Assembly (NCBI GenBank): GCA_963826785.1
Contig: CAWGYD010000001.1
Span: 768,001 to 832,000 of the forward strand
Source of the DNA: an uncultured delta proteobacterium
Lineage (GTDB): Bacteria; Desulfobacterota; Desulfobacteria; Desulfobacterales; Desulfosalsimonadaceae
Length of the DNA: 64,000 nt
Direction: 5' to 3'
The translations under genes were made by a program, and so were the position numbers. Of the stretch, positions 9,757 to 19,027 are shown one piece after another (the stretch's first letter is position 1; each line of letters opens with the position of its first letter). Below the pieces are notes generated by a model. The model saw nothing but the letters and a program-made list of their open reading frames with translations, was not told where the DNA came from and did not search any database.

Positions 9757-12147
9757 ATGGCAGAATTGCAGACACCTGTGGATAAGATCGACGCCAGGAT
9801 CAAATCGGCCGAAGCCTATGAAGCCCATGGCCTGCATAGTGAAGCGCTGGTGGTCTACCAGAATATCTTAGCCGAAATTTCAGATATTGACGATGAGCGG
9901 CGCCGGCAGGTCCAGGAAAAGATTAAGGATCTGGGCAGGGAAATTGAAGATCAGGACCAGGACAGTGCGTTTGAAATTTCCTCCGAGCAGGTCAACCACA
10001 TCAAAACCGGACTTTCCATCGGGGAAAGCGCCCCCGAGATTTATGACAGCGCCACCGCATTTCGAGAACTCGGCCTCTTCAAGGAAGCCATAGCGGAATA
10101 TCAAAAGCTTTTCCGGACCGACTTTCAGATAGATGACTTTCTTTCTGATTATCTGGAATGCCTGCTGGTGGTGTACGCGCCTTCTGAGGTAGTGGAAGAT
10201 GTGGAAAGAATGATCGGTGAGAATCAGATCGATGAAAAAGCCAGTGCCCACATCAAGTTTGCCCTGGGCGCGGAACTGGACCGGCGGGACTATAAAAAAC
10301 TGGCTGTCCAATGTTACGAGGCGGTTCAGAAGATCGACCCCATCTATCCCAAGCTCAAAGAAACCATCGAATCGGTCCAGCCGGAAAAAAGATTCGATTC
10401 CCGTTATGATTATCTGCTGAGAAACAACATCGTCAACACCGAACAACTCCAGAGTGCGCTGACGCTTTCCAAAAAAATCAGGAAAAGCGTCGAAGCCGTG
10501 CTGATGGAGCAGTTCAAAATCTCCAAGGAGGACATCGGCAAATCCCTGTCCGCCTATTACAACTGCGAGTTTAAAACTTTTAGCGAGGGCATGGAAGTCC
10601 CCTATGAGCTGATCAGCAATCTGAAAAAACCGTTTCTGCTCCAGGATGTGTGGGTTCCGATGAGCTGGGAAGTCGATCATATTGAAATCCTGATGGATGA
10701 TCCCAAGGACCTGCGTAAGCTTGACCATGCCAAGGCCCTGTTCAATACCAATAAATTTGTCTTTTCGGTGGGGATCAAGGAAGACATCGAATCGATTATC
10801 AACCATTTCTTTTCGGAAAAGAAGGCCCAGGCAAAATCTGCAGATTCCTCTCGCCAGATGGATGATTTCGATGGCATGCCCGACATCGCCTTTGAAGAGG
10901 AAGAAGAGGATGATCACGAACAGGAGGTGGGCGACTACGACGAAGCCTCCGGCAAGATCGTCCGTCTGGTGGATCAGGTCCTGATCACCGCATACCGCAA
11001 GAATGCATCAGATATTCATATTGAGCCGCAACCCCAGACCAAACGGACCAAAATCCGGTTTCGCATCGACGGCGTCTGTCAGGAATTTTTAGAAGTTCCG
11101 ATCTCATTTTCCAATGCCATCATTTCGCGTATTAAAATCTTGTCCAATCTGGACATTGCGGAACGCCGCATGCCCCAGGACGGCAAGATCAAATTCAAGC
11201 GCAAAGGCGTTCCCGGATTTGAACTGCGTGTGGCCACGTTGCCCACATCCGACAGCATGGAGGATGTGGTCATGCGAATCCTGGCCACCAGCGGGGCCAT
11301 GAAAATTGAAGACCTGGGGCTGACCGAGCGCAACCTGGCGGTGTTGAAAAAAGCCGTTTCAAAACCCTACGGCCTGGTCCTGTGTGTAGGGCCCACCGGA
11401 TCGGGGAAAACCACTACCCTGCATTCGGCACTCCATCACATCAATACCCCGGAGCGCAAGATCTGGACGGCGGAAGACCCGGTTGAAATTTCTCAGTTGG
11501 GACTGCGCCAGGTGGAGATCAAGAACAAGATCGGGCTTGATTTCGCCCGGATTATGCGGGCATTTCTGCGGGCGGACCCGGACGTCATCATGGTGGGTGA
11601 AATGCGGGATTACGAAACGGCATCCATCGGCATCGAGGCCTCCCTCACCGGTCACCTGGTGTTTTCCACCCTGCATACCAACAGCGCGCCGGAAACGGTT
11701 ACCCGGCTTCTGGATATGGGACTCAACCCCTTGAATTTCTCCGATGCGTTCCTGGCGGTGCTGGCCCAGCGCCTGCTCCGGAGATTGTGTAAAAAATGCC
11801 GGCAGGAATATCATCCCACCCGCGAAGAATTTGACGAAATGGTCCAGGACTATGGGGAAGCGGATTTTGCGAAACTGGGGATTTCGTATTCGAGCGATCT
11901 GAAGCTCCATGCGCCTGCCGGATGTGATCAATGCAGCGGTTCGGGTTACAAGGGCCGGATGGGCATCCATGAACTCATGGATGGGACCAAGGAAATCAAA
12001 CGGATGATCAAGAAGCAGGCCAGTGCAGAGGAACTGTTCATCCAGGCCAAAAAGGAAAACATGACCACCTTGATGCAGGACGGCATCATCAAGGTCTTGG
12101 CCGGGCATACCGACATGAGTGAAGTCCGGCGCGTTTGTATTACTTAA
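9757..12147 (+). CDS. pilB: PilB/GspE-family assembly ATPase with N-terminal TPR-like region
   Basis: ASDIHIEP, LDIAERRMPQDG, GPTGSGKTT, LRADPDVIMVGEMRD, STLHTN, CxxC..CxxC Zn site; GGGAG RBS before ATG 9757. Confidence 0.9.
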   Translation: MAELQTPVDKIDARIKSAEAYEAHGLHSEALVVYQNILAEISDIDDERRRQVQEKIKDLGREIEDQDQDSAFEISSEQVNHIKTGLSIGESAPEIYDSATAFRELGLFKEAIAEYQKLFRTDFQIDDFLSDYLECLLVVYAPSEVVEDVERMIGENQIDEKASAHIKFALGAELDRRDYKKLAVQCYEAVQKIDPIYPKLKETIESVQPEKRFDSRYDYLLRNNIVNTEQLQSALTLSKKIRKSVEAVLMEQFKISKEDIGKSLSAYYNCEFKTFSEGMEVPYELISNLKKPFLLQDVWVPMSWEVDHIEILMDDPKDLRKLDHAKALFNTNKFVFSVGIKEDIESIINHFFSEKKAQAKSADSSRQMDDFDGMPDIAFEEEEEDDHEQEVGDYDEASGKIVRLVDQVLITAYRKNASDIHIEPQPQTKRTKIRFRIDGVCQEFLEVPISFSNAIISRIKILSNLDIAERRMPQDGKIKFKRKGVPGFELRVATLPTSDSMEDVVMRILATSGAMKIEDLGLTERNLAVLKKAVSKPYGLVLCVGPTGSGKTTTLHSALHHINTPERKIWTAEDPVEISQLGLRQVEIKNKIGLDFARIMRAFLRADPDVIMVGEMRDYETASIGIEASLTGHLVFSTLHTNSAPETVTRLLDMGLNPLNFSDAFLAVLAQRLLRRLCKKCRQEYHPTREEFDEMVQDYGEADFAKLGISYSSDLKLHAPAGCDQCSGSGYKGRMGIHELMDGTKEIKRMIKKQASAEELFIQAKKENMTTLMQDGIIKVLAGHTDMSEVRRVCIT

Positions 12148-12198
12148 TCATTTATTTAATCATCCCGACATCCGGCAGGCTGCCGGATTGAGTTTACT

Positions 12199-12639
12199 AT
12201 GGAATCAGCAGCGCACATGTTTTCATCCCGAAACCGGATAACGGATCTTTTAAAACGATTTTTCAGGCGGCAGCCGAATTCATCCGCGCCTTCAGATCGG
12301 TGCCAGCGGAATTATGACCGGTTTCCCATAGAGTTTCGCCTGGAGGCCGCCTTCCTGGATGAAAACGGCCAGGAGCAGACGGACCGTGCGGAATTGCATG
12401 ATATTTCCGCCAGTGGGGCGCTGTTTAAAACCCAATTATACCGGCAATATTCCCCGGGTCAGCGAGTGCGGGTAACCGTATTTCTGGCCGGGACCGACGA
12501 CGTCAAGGCCAATCTGCACACTGAGGCGACGGTGGTGCGGATCCATTCGCTGGAGCAGGACCCGGAGCATACCGGCGTGGCCGTCAAGTTCGACAAATCC
12601 TTTGAATTCCAAAGGGTAAATTCCCACAATTGGCGATAG
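12199..12639 (+). CDS. stand-alone PilZ domain protein
   Basis: QRNYDRF (RxxxR) and DISASG (DxSxxG) c-di-GMP-binding motifs; ATVVR, GVAVKF. Confidence 0.88.
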   Translation: MESAAHMFSSRNRITDLLKRFFRRQPNSSAPSDRCQRNYDRFPIEFRLEAAFLDENGQEQTDRAELHDISASGALFKTQLYRQYSPGQRVRVTVFLAGTDDVKANLHTEATVVRIHSLEQDPEHTGVAVKFDKSFEFQRVNSHNWR

Positions 12640-12644
12640 GGCAG

Positions 12645-13787
12645 ATGAAAGCTTCATATCGGGGAGAATATAATACCATCGGCGGCAAAGTGCTGATCGC
12701 CTTTGTGCTGATGGCCGTTATTCCCTATCTTATACTCATTTATCTGGTGGTATACGCCCAGATTAATATCAGTCAGACCCTGATCTTGTCGGCACCCGTC
12801 GTGCTCTTTTCCATTCTGGTGGGATTTATGATGATCAGGCGGTCTGCCGACCAGATCGTCCATCTGAGCCGGGAAACCAGCATGCTCGAATCAGGGGAAA
12901 AGCACGGCCCCATCGAGATCCAGGGGGACAGGGAATTGACCGAGATCGCGTCTCATTTTAATTCGCTGTATAACAAACTGGAGCGGATGAACCGGAAAAG
13001 CCAGGAGCAGGCGACCCAGCTGATGGTCTATTCCCGCGATCTGGCCCTTTCATACCAGAAAACCAAACAGGAAGAGGAGCTTCGAAACCGCCTGAGCCGG
13101 TATGTGGGAAACAACCTGGTGGAAAAGCTGGTGAATTCAAAAGACGGCGTTCTGGTGGAAACGGAGCGGCGTGAGGTGACGGTCCTGTTTGCAGACATCC
13201 GCTCCTTTACCATGATCGCCGAAAGAATGTCCGCAGAAGAGGTGGTTCTGATGCTGAATCAGTACTTTAGCGTGATGGTGGACATCGTCTTTAAAAATAA
13301 TGGATTGCTGGACAAGTTCGTCGGCGATCAGCTGATCGCTGTTTTCGGCCTGGTGGACGCATCCGGGAATGCAGCCGAAAACGCCATTCGCACGGCCATC
13401 GAGATGCAGGAAGCCATCGAGGACATGATGCGCAAACGGGCCAAGGCGGTCCAGGAAATATTCGAAGTGGGGGTCGGCATCAATACCGGAGCAGCCATTA
13501 TCGGCAATATCGGATCGTCCAACCGGATGGACTATACGGTCATTGGAGATTGCGTCAATACCGCCGCACGCCTGGAGCAGATGGCCCTGGGAGGCGAGAT
13601 CATCATCGGAGAGCAGACCTTCCTTCAAAACACGGAGGATTTCATTATCGAAAGCCGGGGGGAGGTCCATGTGAAAAACAAAATGGAACCCGTGGTCTGC
13701 TACAATGTTTTGAGAAATCAGATCCAGTCAGATGAATTTTCATCCCCGGACCTGATGGCCGCCCCGCTGAAAAGAAATATCCCTTGA
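12645..13787 (+). CDS. membrane class III adenylate cyclase (2 TM, HAMP)
   Basis: LFADIRSFT, DKFVGD (ATP-specifying Lys), DYTVIGDCVNTAARLE. Confidence 0.92.
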   Translation: MKASYRGEYNTIGGKVLIAFVLMAVIPYLILIYLVVYAQINISQTLILSAPVVLFSILVGFMMIRRSADQIVHLSRETSMLESGEKHGPIEIQGDRELTEIASHFNSLYNKLERMNRKSQEQATQLMVYSRDLALSYQKTKQEEELRNRLSRYVGNNLVEKLVNSKDGVLVETERREVTVLFADIRSFTMIAERMSAEEVVLMLNQYFSVMVDIVFKNNGLLDKFVGDQLIAVFGLVDASGNAAENAIRTAIEMQEAIEDMMRKRAKAVQEIFEVGVGINTGAAIIGNIGSSNRMDYTVIGDCVNTAARLEQMALGGEIIIGEQTFLQNTEDFIIESRGEVHVKNKMEPVVCYNVLRNQIQSDEFSSPDLMAAPLKRNIP

Positions 13788-13862
13788 ACAACATACGCAA
13801 TAGCCCGGTATATATTAATTTTAAGTTTGCATAACGGTTTTATTTCTGAAGGGAAACTGAAG

Positions 13863-14222
13863 ATGAAAAAGCAAATCATCGTATTTTTATGGAGCATGCT
13901 GGCGGCCGGAATTCTGATGGTCGGCCTGTGCGTGAACGGGATTTGCGCTGAAGGGATCGTCGTCAAGAACATCAGCGCCCAGATTGCTGAAAAGGGCGCG
14001 GACACCTATTCGATTACGGTAAGCGCATTTGTAACCAACCAGACGTCGCCCCTTGATGATGTCATCGTCGACATTATCGCCGTGGACAAGCAAGGCTATC
14101 AGCTTGAGAGCATCTCCCTGAGGGGAAAGGTCAAGCCGGGAAAGACCCGGGTGCTGATGGACATGATGAAAATTTCAACCGCTGTCTACGGTCAGATCGA
14201 CCGGTGGGAAGTAAAGCATTGA
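13863..14222 (+). CDS. exported hypothetical protein (beta-rich, Ig-like)
   Basis: MKKQ + hydrophobic signal; followed by terminator. Confidence 0.65.
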   Translation: MKKQIIVFLWSMLAAGILMVGLCVNGICAEGIVVKNISAQIAEKGADTYSITVSAFVTNQTSPLDDVIVDIIAVDKQGYQLESISLRGKVKPGKTRVLMDMMKISTAVYGQIDRWEVKH

Positions 14223-14241
14223 TCGGCTGACCGTCTTTGGG

Positions 14242-14276
14242 GGCCCTTTTTTCCTGACGGATAAGGGCCTTTTTTA
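14242..14276 (+). terminator. intrinsic terminator
   Basis: GGCCCTT..TCC / GGA..AAGGGCC hairpin followed by T-run, between convergent genes. Confidence 0.6.
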
Positions 14277-14353
14277 TCATCCCCAATTTTTTCCCGAAAA
14301 ATTAAAAAATTCTTGTCCGACGGCATTCATCCAATCCCGGCTGCAAAAATGGT

Positions 14354-16159
14354 TTAATCGATGAAATGGCCGGTTTCTGCTTCCAGGGTGGGATACGTGC
14401 TGCTCGTCAGCCGTTTGGAGAGTCCTTCTATCTTTGGCAGCTCATACTGGTAGAAGTATTCGCAGGTCAGGCGTTTTCCCTGAAAAAATTGAGTGTCCCT
14501 CAAGGTTCGGGCGCCGGATACGCCCTGTTGTGCGGCGATTGCCTGTTTCAGCCATTGCCAGGCAACGGCAATGATTCCGAAAAATTCCAGATACAGGGTG
14601 GCATCCGCCAGGTAAGCCTCCGGGCCGTGTGTCTGTGCGACATCGATCAGATGCAGGGTCACTTTTTCAAGCAGGGCAAGACTTCCCTCCAGTGTTCCGG
14701 CAAGGTGCGAGACTTCGTTTTTCCCGGCGGCGGTTTCAATTGTTTTTCGCACCTCTTCAAGATAAAGGCGCAGTGCTTCCCCTTTTTCCATGATGACCTT
14801 TCGGCCGAGCAGGTCTATCCCCTGGATGCCCGTGGTCCCCTCGTGGATGGGGTGAATCCGGACATCCCGGTAATATTGCGCCACCGGGAAATCGTCGCAG
14901 TAGCCGTACCCGCCGAGGCACTGAATGGCCGCGCTGGTGGAAAGAACGCCGGTTTCAGACGGATAGGATTTGGCCACCGGTGTCAAAACATCCAGCAGGA
15001 GCCGGGCCCTTTCTTTTTCCGCTTCTTTGCCGGCATGACGCATATCCCGGTAAAGGCAGCATTGCAGCAGTAGCGACAATGAACCCTCCACTACGGCACG
15101 CTGGAACAGCAGCATCCGTTTGATATCGGCGTGTTCGATAATCGATACCTGGGGCTTCAGCGGATCCTTTGATGATATTTTCCGGCCCTGGGGACGGGAT
15201 TTGGCATAATCGAGGGCCGCGTAATAGGCCGCAGAGGCAATGGCTGCCGCCCCCATGCCCACGCCGATGCGCGCTTCATTCATCATCTGGAACATGTACT
15301 TGAGTCCCTGGTGAGGTTCCCCGATTCGATATCCCCGGCAGTCATCTTTATCCCCGATGACCAACTCGGTGATGGGCGCACCCCGATAGCCAAGCTTGTG
15401 ATAAATCTGGCTGACAATGACGTCATTGCCGGTCAATTTCCCGTTTTTCTCCGGTCGCAGCTTGGGAACCACAAACAAAGAAATCCCTTTGACGCCCGCA
15501 GGTGCGCCTTCCACGCGGGCCAGCATGAGGTGAACCACATTTTCCACCCCGTCGTGGTCGCCGGCGGAAATGAAAATCTTTTGCCCCTTCATCCGGTAAG
15601 ATCCGTCTTCAAGCGGCGTTGCCGTAGTGGTAATATCGGATAGAGAACTGCCGGCCTGGGGCTCGGTCAAAGCCATGGTTCCCTGCCATTTCCCGGAAAG
15701 CATATTGGGCACATAGGTGTCGAAGAGTTCCCGACTGCCGAAAGCGGCAATCAGGTGGGCCGCACCTGCAGAAAGATGGGGGTAAACCGATGTGGAATAA
15801 TTCGCCGCGGCAAAAATAAAGTAGCATGCGCCACCGATGACGGACGGCAATTGCTCGCCCCCGTCTTTTTCGGGAAATTCCAAGCCGATCCATCCGCCTT
15901 CACCGGCTTCCTTCATAATCCGTTTGACTGCCGGATGCACCTTGACCTGCCCGTCTGTGAGTTCAGGCTGCAGGCGGTCCATCTCTTCAAGCAGGGGCCT
16001 GTGAAAATCCCTGGCCAGCCTGATGCAGGCATCGATTACCATATCGAACATTTTCCGGTTATGCTGATGAAATGGATCAAATTGGGTGACCCGCTCGGAA
16101 TCAAGCACGTCATAGAGCAAAAACTTCAGGTTCCGTTCGCTGAAAAATTTATCCGTCAT
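14354..16159 (-). CDS. acyl-CoA dehydrogenase (long, ~600 aa type)
   Basis: GTMALTEPQAGS, GQKIFISAG, MMNEARIGVG, QCLGGYGY, IHEGTTGIQ; GGAG RBS before ATG 16159. Confidence 0.93.
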   Translation of the reverse strand: MTDKFFSERNLKFLLYDVLDSERVTQFDPFHQHNRKMFDMVIDACIRLARDFHRPLLEEMDRLQPELTDGQVKVHPAVKRIMKEAGEGGWIGLEFPEKDGGEQLPSVIGGACYFIFAAANYSTSVYPHLSAGAAHLIAAFGSRELFDTYVPNMLSGKWQGTMALTEPQAGSSLSDITTTATPLEDGSYRMKGQKIFISAGDHDGVENVVHLMLARVEGAPAGVKGISLFVVPKLRPEKNGKLTGNDVIVSQIYHKLGYRGAPITELVIGDKDDCRGYRIGEPHQGLKYMFQMMNEARIGVGMGAAAIASAAYYAALDYAKSRPQGRKISSKDPLKPQVSIIEHADIKRMLLFQRAVVEGSLSLLLQCCLYRDMRHAGKEAEKERARLLLDVLTPVAKSYPSETGVLSTSAAIQCLGGYGYCDDFPVAQYYRDVRIHPIHEGTTGIQGIDLLGRKVIMEKGEALRLYLEEVRKTIETAAGKNEVSHLAGTLEGSLALLEKVTLHLIDVAQTHGPEAYLADATLYLEFFGIIAVAWQWLKQAIAAQQGVSGARTLRDTQFFQGKRLTCEYFYQYELPKIEGLSKRLTSSTYPTLEAETGHFID

Positions 16160-16382
16160 CCGTTTCTCCTTCGTTGTCTTCGCAAAATATACTGTCTTTG
16201 AACTCACATAAACACTTCACCCGCAATCCCATTTGAATCCTCCGGGGCGGGAAATACATTTTTGAATTTTTGGAGGAGTCGTGTAAGGTGATCATGCGAT
16301 GTGTTCTTCGGTTGCTTTTGCAAATTCAATTTAGCAGAATCCGGCCGCGCGTTCAACAATGCCTTATTGAATATTAAAATAG

Positions 16383-18110
16383 ATGCAACCTTCGAATTTA
16401 AAATTGAATCCGCCCAACCCCCTGCAGTCGGCAGACGGCGTTGTCGTTCTTTCTCCAACATTGGCCATCATGAGCGCCAATCATGTCATACGTTGGATCA
16501 TCGGCCGCGAGCCAAAGCCGGGAAAACCATTTCCTTTAGACAAGCTGTTCAGGGAACCCGAATTGACCCGGATGCGGGCGTCCATTCAGTATACCATCGA
16601 AACCGGCCAGCCGCAGACCCGCCGCGAGACTGAAATTCTCTGCGATGCCGGGTTTGCCCATCATTGTACATATTCGGTTTATCCCCTTTTCGGGACGGGC
16701 CAGGCGATCATCGGAGGACTTCTGTCCTTTCAGAACCTGCCGGAAATGCCATTTGAGCGGGGCGTCCCCCAGAGCCGGCTGTCGCAGCGGCACAGCGCGT
16801 TTGAAAATGATCTGCTGATCGAGAGGCTGCCGGAAGCCGTCTTTACGATAACGACCCACTGGCGGATATCCTCCTTTAACCTGATGGCGGAAAAACTGAC
16901 CGGATACCGGCGGGAAGAGGCCATCGGCAAGTACTGCTGGGAAATTTTCCGCTCGGATAAATGTAAACTGTCCTGCCCCTTGCGCACGGCCCTGGAGAGC
17001 GGGCAGGGGACCATGGATCAGGAAGTGCGGATATTGAACAAGCAAGGGGCGCGGCAGGTGATCCTGGTCAACACCAATGTGCTGCGTGATGGTACCGGAC
17101 TGGTAATGGGTGCAGTGGAAACATTCAGGCCGATCACCGGCGAGGTGCATCCACCCGAAGGGGTCCATTACAACTTTTCGTTTGACAACATTGTGGGAAA
17201 GTCAAAAGGGATGCGGCGCCTCTTTGAAATGGTGCCCGACCTTTCCGCAAGCGACGTCAACGTGCTGATCACCGGTGAGAGCGGTACCGGAAAAGACCTG
17301 TTTGCACGGGCGATTCACAACCATTCCCTCCGGGCCAAGGGGCCCTTTGTGGCGGTGAACTGTTCGGCCCTTGCGGAAACGCTGCTGGAATCGGAACTGT
17401 TCGGTCACGAAAAGTCCGCCTTTACCGGTGCGGACCGGGTGAGGATCGGCCGTTTCGAGATGGCCAAGGCCGGCACCATTTTCCTGGATGAAATCGGGGA
17501 TCTCAAGACCGACCTGCAGGTCAAACTTCTCCGGGTGATCGAGCAGCGGGAATTTGAGCGGGTGGGCGGAAGCCGGCCCATCCCCATGGATGCCCGCGTC
17601 ATCAGCGCCACCAACCGGAACCTGGCCGAGTCCATCCGCAGCGGAACCTTCCGGGAGGATTTTTATTACCGGCTGCGCACCGTGCCGCTGAACCTGCCGC
17701 CCCTGCGGGAAAGAAGGGAAGACATCCCGCTTCTGGTCAGTTATTTTATCAAGCGCTTCAACCAGAAATACCATAAAAGCGTACGTGCCGTGGATGTGAA
17801 GGTGAGCCGGTTTTTCCAGAATTATCATTTTCCGGGCAATGTCCGGGAACTGGAACGGACCCTGGAACATGCATTCGTCTTTGTCAAAGGTCCGGTAATA
17901 TTCATGAGCAATCTCCCCGATCCTGAAGAGTTCGATCTGGCGGAAAGGGCCGATTTAAAAACGACTCCCCCCATGTCCGATACCCGGAGCAGGGATGCAG
18001 TTCTCTGGGCACTGGCCCAGAGCGGGGGCAAACGCGTTCAAGCCGCCGACCTGCTGAAAATGAGCCGGACCTCCTTCTGGCGGCTGATGAAAAAGCATGG
18101 AATCGAATAA
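16383..18110 (+). CDS. PAS-PAS sigma54-dependent transcriptional activator (NtrC/Fis family)
   Basis: [39 protein letters not shown]-terminal HTH. Confidence 0.93.
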   Translation: MQPSNLKLNPPNPLQSADGVVVLSPTLAIMSANHVIRWIIGREPKPGKPFPLDKLFREPELTRMRASIQYTIETGQPQTRRETEILCDAGFAHHCTYSVYPLFGTGQAIIGGLLSFQNLPEMPFERGVPQSRLSQRHSAFENDLLIERLPEAVFTITTHWRISSFNLMAEKLTGYRREEAIGKYCWEIFRSDKCKLSCPLRTALESGQGTMDQEVRILNKQGARQVILVNTNVLRDGTGLVMGAVETFRPITGEVHPPEGVHYNFSFDNIVGKSKGMRRLFEMVPDLSASDVNVLITGESGTGKDLFARAIHNHSLRAKGPFVAVNCSALAETLLESELFGHEKSAFTGADRVRIGRFEMAKAGTIFLDEIGDLKTDLQVKLLRVIEQREFERVGGSRPIPMDARVISATNRNLAESIRSGTFREDFYYRLRTVPLNLPPLRERREDIPLLVSYFIKRFNQKYHKSVRAVDVKVSRFFQNYHFPGNVRELERTLEHAFVFVKGPVIFMSNLPDPEEFDLAERADLKTTPPMSDTRSRDAVLWALAQSGGKRVQAADLLKMSRTSFWRLMKKHGIE

Positions 18111-18464
18111 ATACCAGGCGTTCGGAAGCCGGAATGTCATGATGCGCTTTTTTCTCATATTTTGACATCCATTGAGCAACCGCGCATGAATCCCTTCTTC
18201 CATCGAAATAGCGGATCAATTAAGCCGGATTTGTTTCAAAGCGTTTCAATCGTTTCATCTGTCGTTTCATCTCCCTGAAGGCAAGATCTGACATAGTTTA
18301 CGGCATCATACATACCAAAACAGCGCTTTTGTCCCCCGTATTGGAACAATTTTCCTTTTGAATTTGCGTTTCCTTTCCACCGTTTCACCTGCCCCCCTGC
18401 GCACGGTGTCTTTCCCGATGTCCTGCTTCATCTAATTATTTTTAAATTCAGCTAATTACTCACT

Positions 18465-18480
18465 TGGCACGCTAATTGCC
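18465..18480 (+). promoter_or_regulatory. sigma54 (-24/-12) promoter of nuoE-like operon
   Basis: TGGCAC-GCTAA-TTGC, consensus spacing, 59 nt upstream of the ATG and just downstream of a sigma54 activator gene. Confidence 0.88.
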
Positions 18481-18538
18481 TTAGAAACTGCCTCCATCTG
18501 GACGAATATTAACCGACGACGACACAGGAGGACAGATT

Positions 18539-19003
18539 ATGATTCATCAACCCGAATTCTTAGAAGATATTCTGGAGCGATATCCGGCCAAACCCGAATA
18601 TCTGATTTTTCTGCTCCAGGACATCCAGTCCGATTGCGGCTACATCTCCTCTGAATCCATGAAGCGGGTGTGCGACCACACCGGCGTCCCCCTCACCCAG
18701 GCGTATTCGGTGGCCACCTTTTACCAGTCCTTCCGCCTGGAACCCCAGGGCGAGCATGAAATCCGGGTATGCCTCGGCACCGCCTGTCATCTGAAGGGCG
18801 GGCAGCGAATCGTGGAGGCCCTGGAAAGGCGCCTGGGCATCAGCGCCGGTGAAACATCGGAGGACCTCATGTATACGCTGGATACGGTCAATTGCGTGGG
18901 CGCCTGTGCGCTGGCGCCGGTGATGGTGGTGGATGATGAATATGAATCCAATGTCACCGCCGGGAAAGTGGAAAAAATGATCAAAAGGCTTCAGCCGCAA
19001 TAA
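18539..19003 (+). CDS. NuoE/HydC-like 2Fe-2S subunit
   Basis: SVATFY, CLGTACHLKG, CVGACALAP. Confidence 0.93.
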   Translation: MIHQPEFLEDILERYPAKPEYLIFLLQDIQSDCGYISSESMKRVCDHTGVPLTQAYSVATFYQSFRLEPQGEHEIRVCLGTACHLKGGQRIVEALERRLGISAGETSEDLMYTLDTVNCVGACALAPVMVVDDEYESNVTAGKVEKMIKRLQPQ

Positions 19004-19027
19004 TTTCTGCCACGGAAGGAAGATAAA

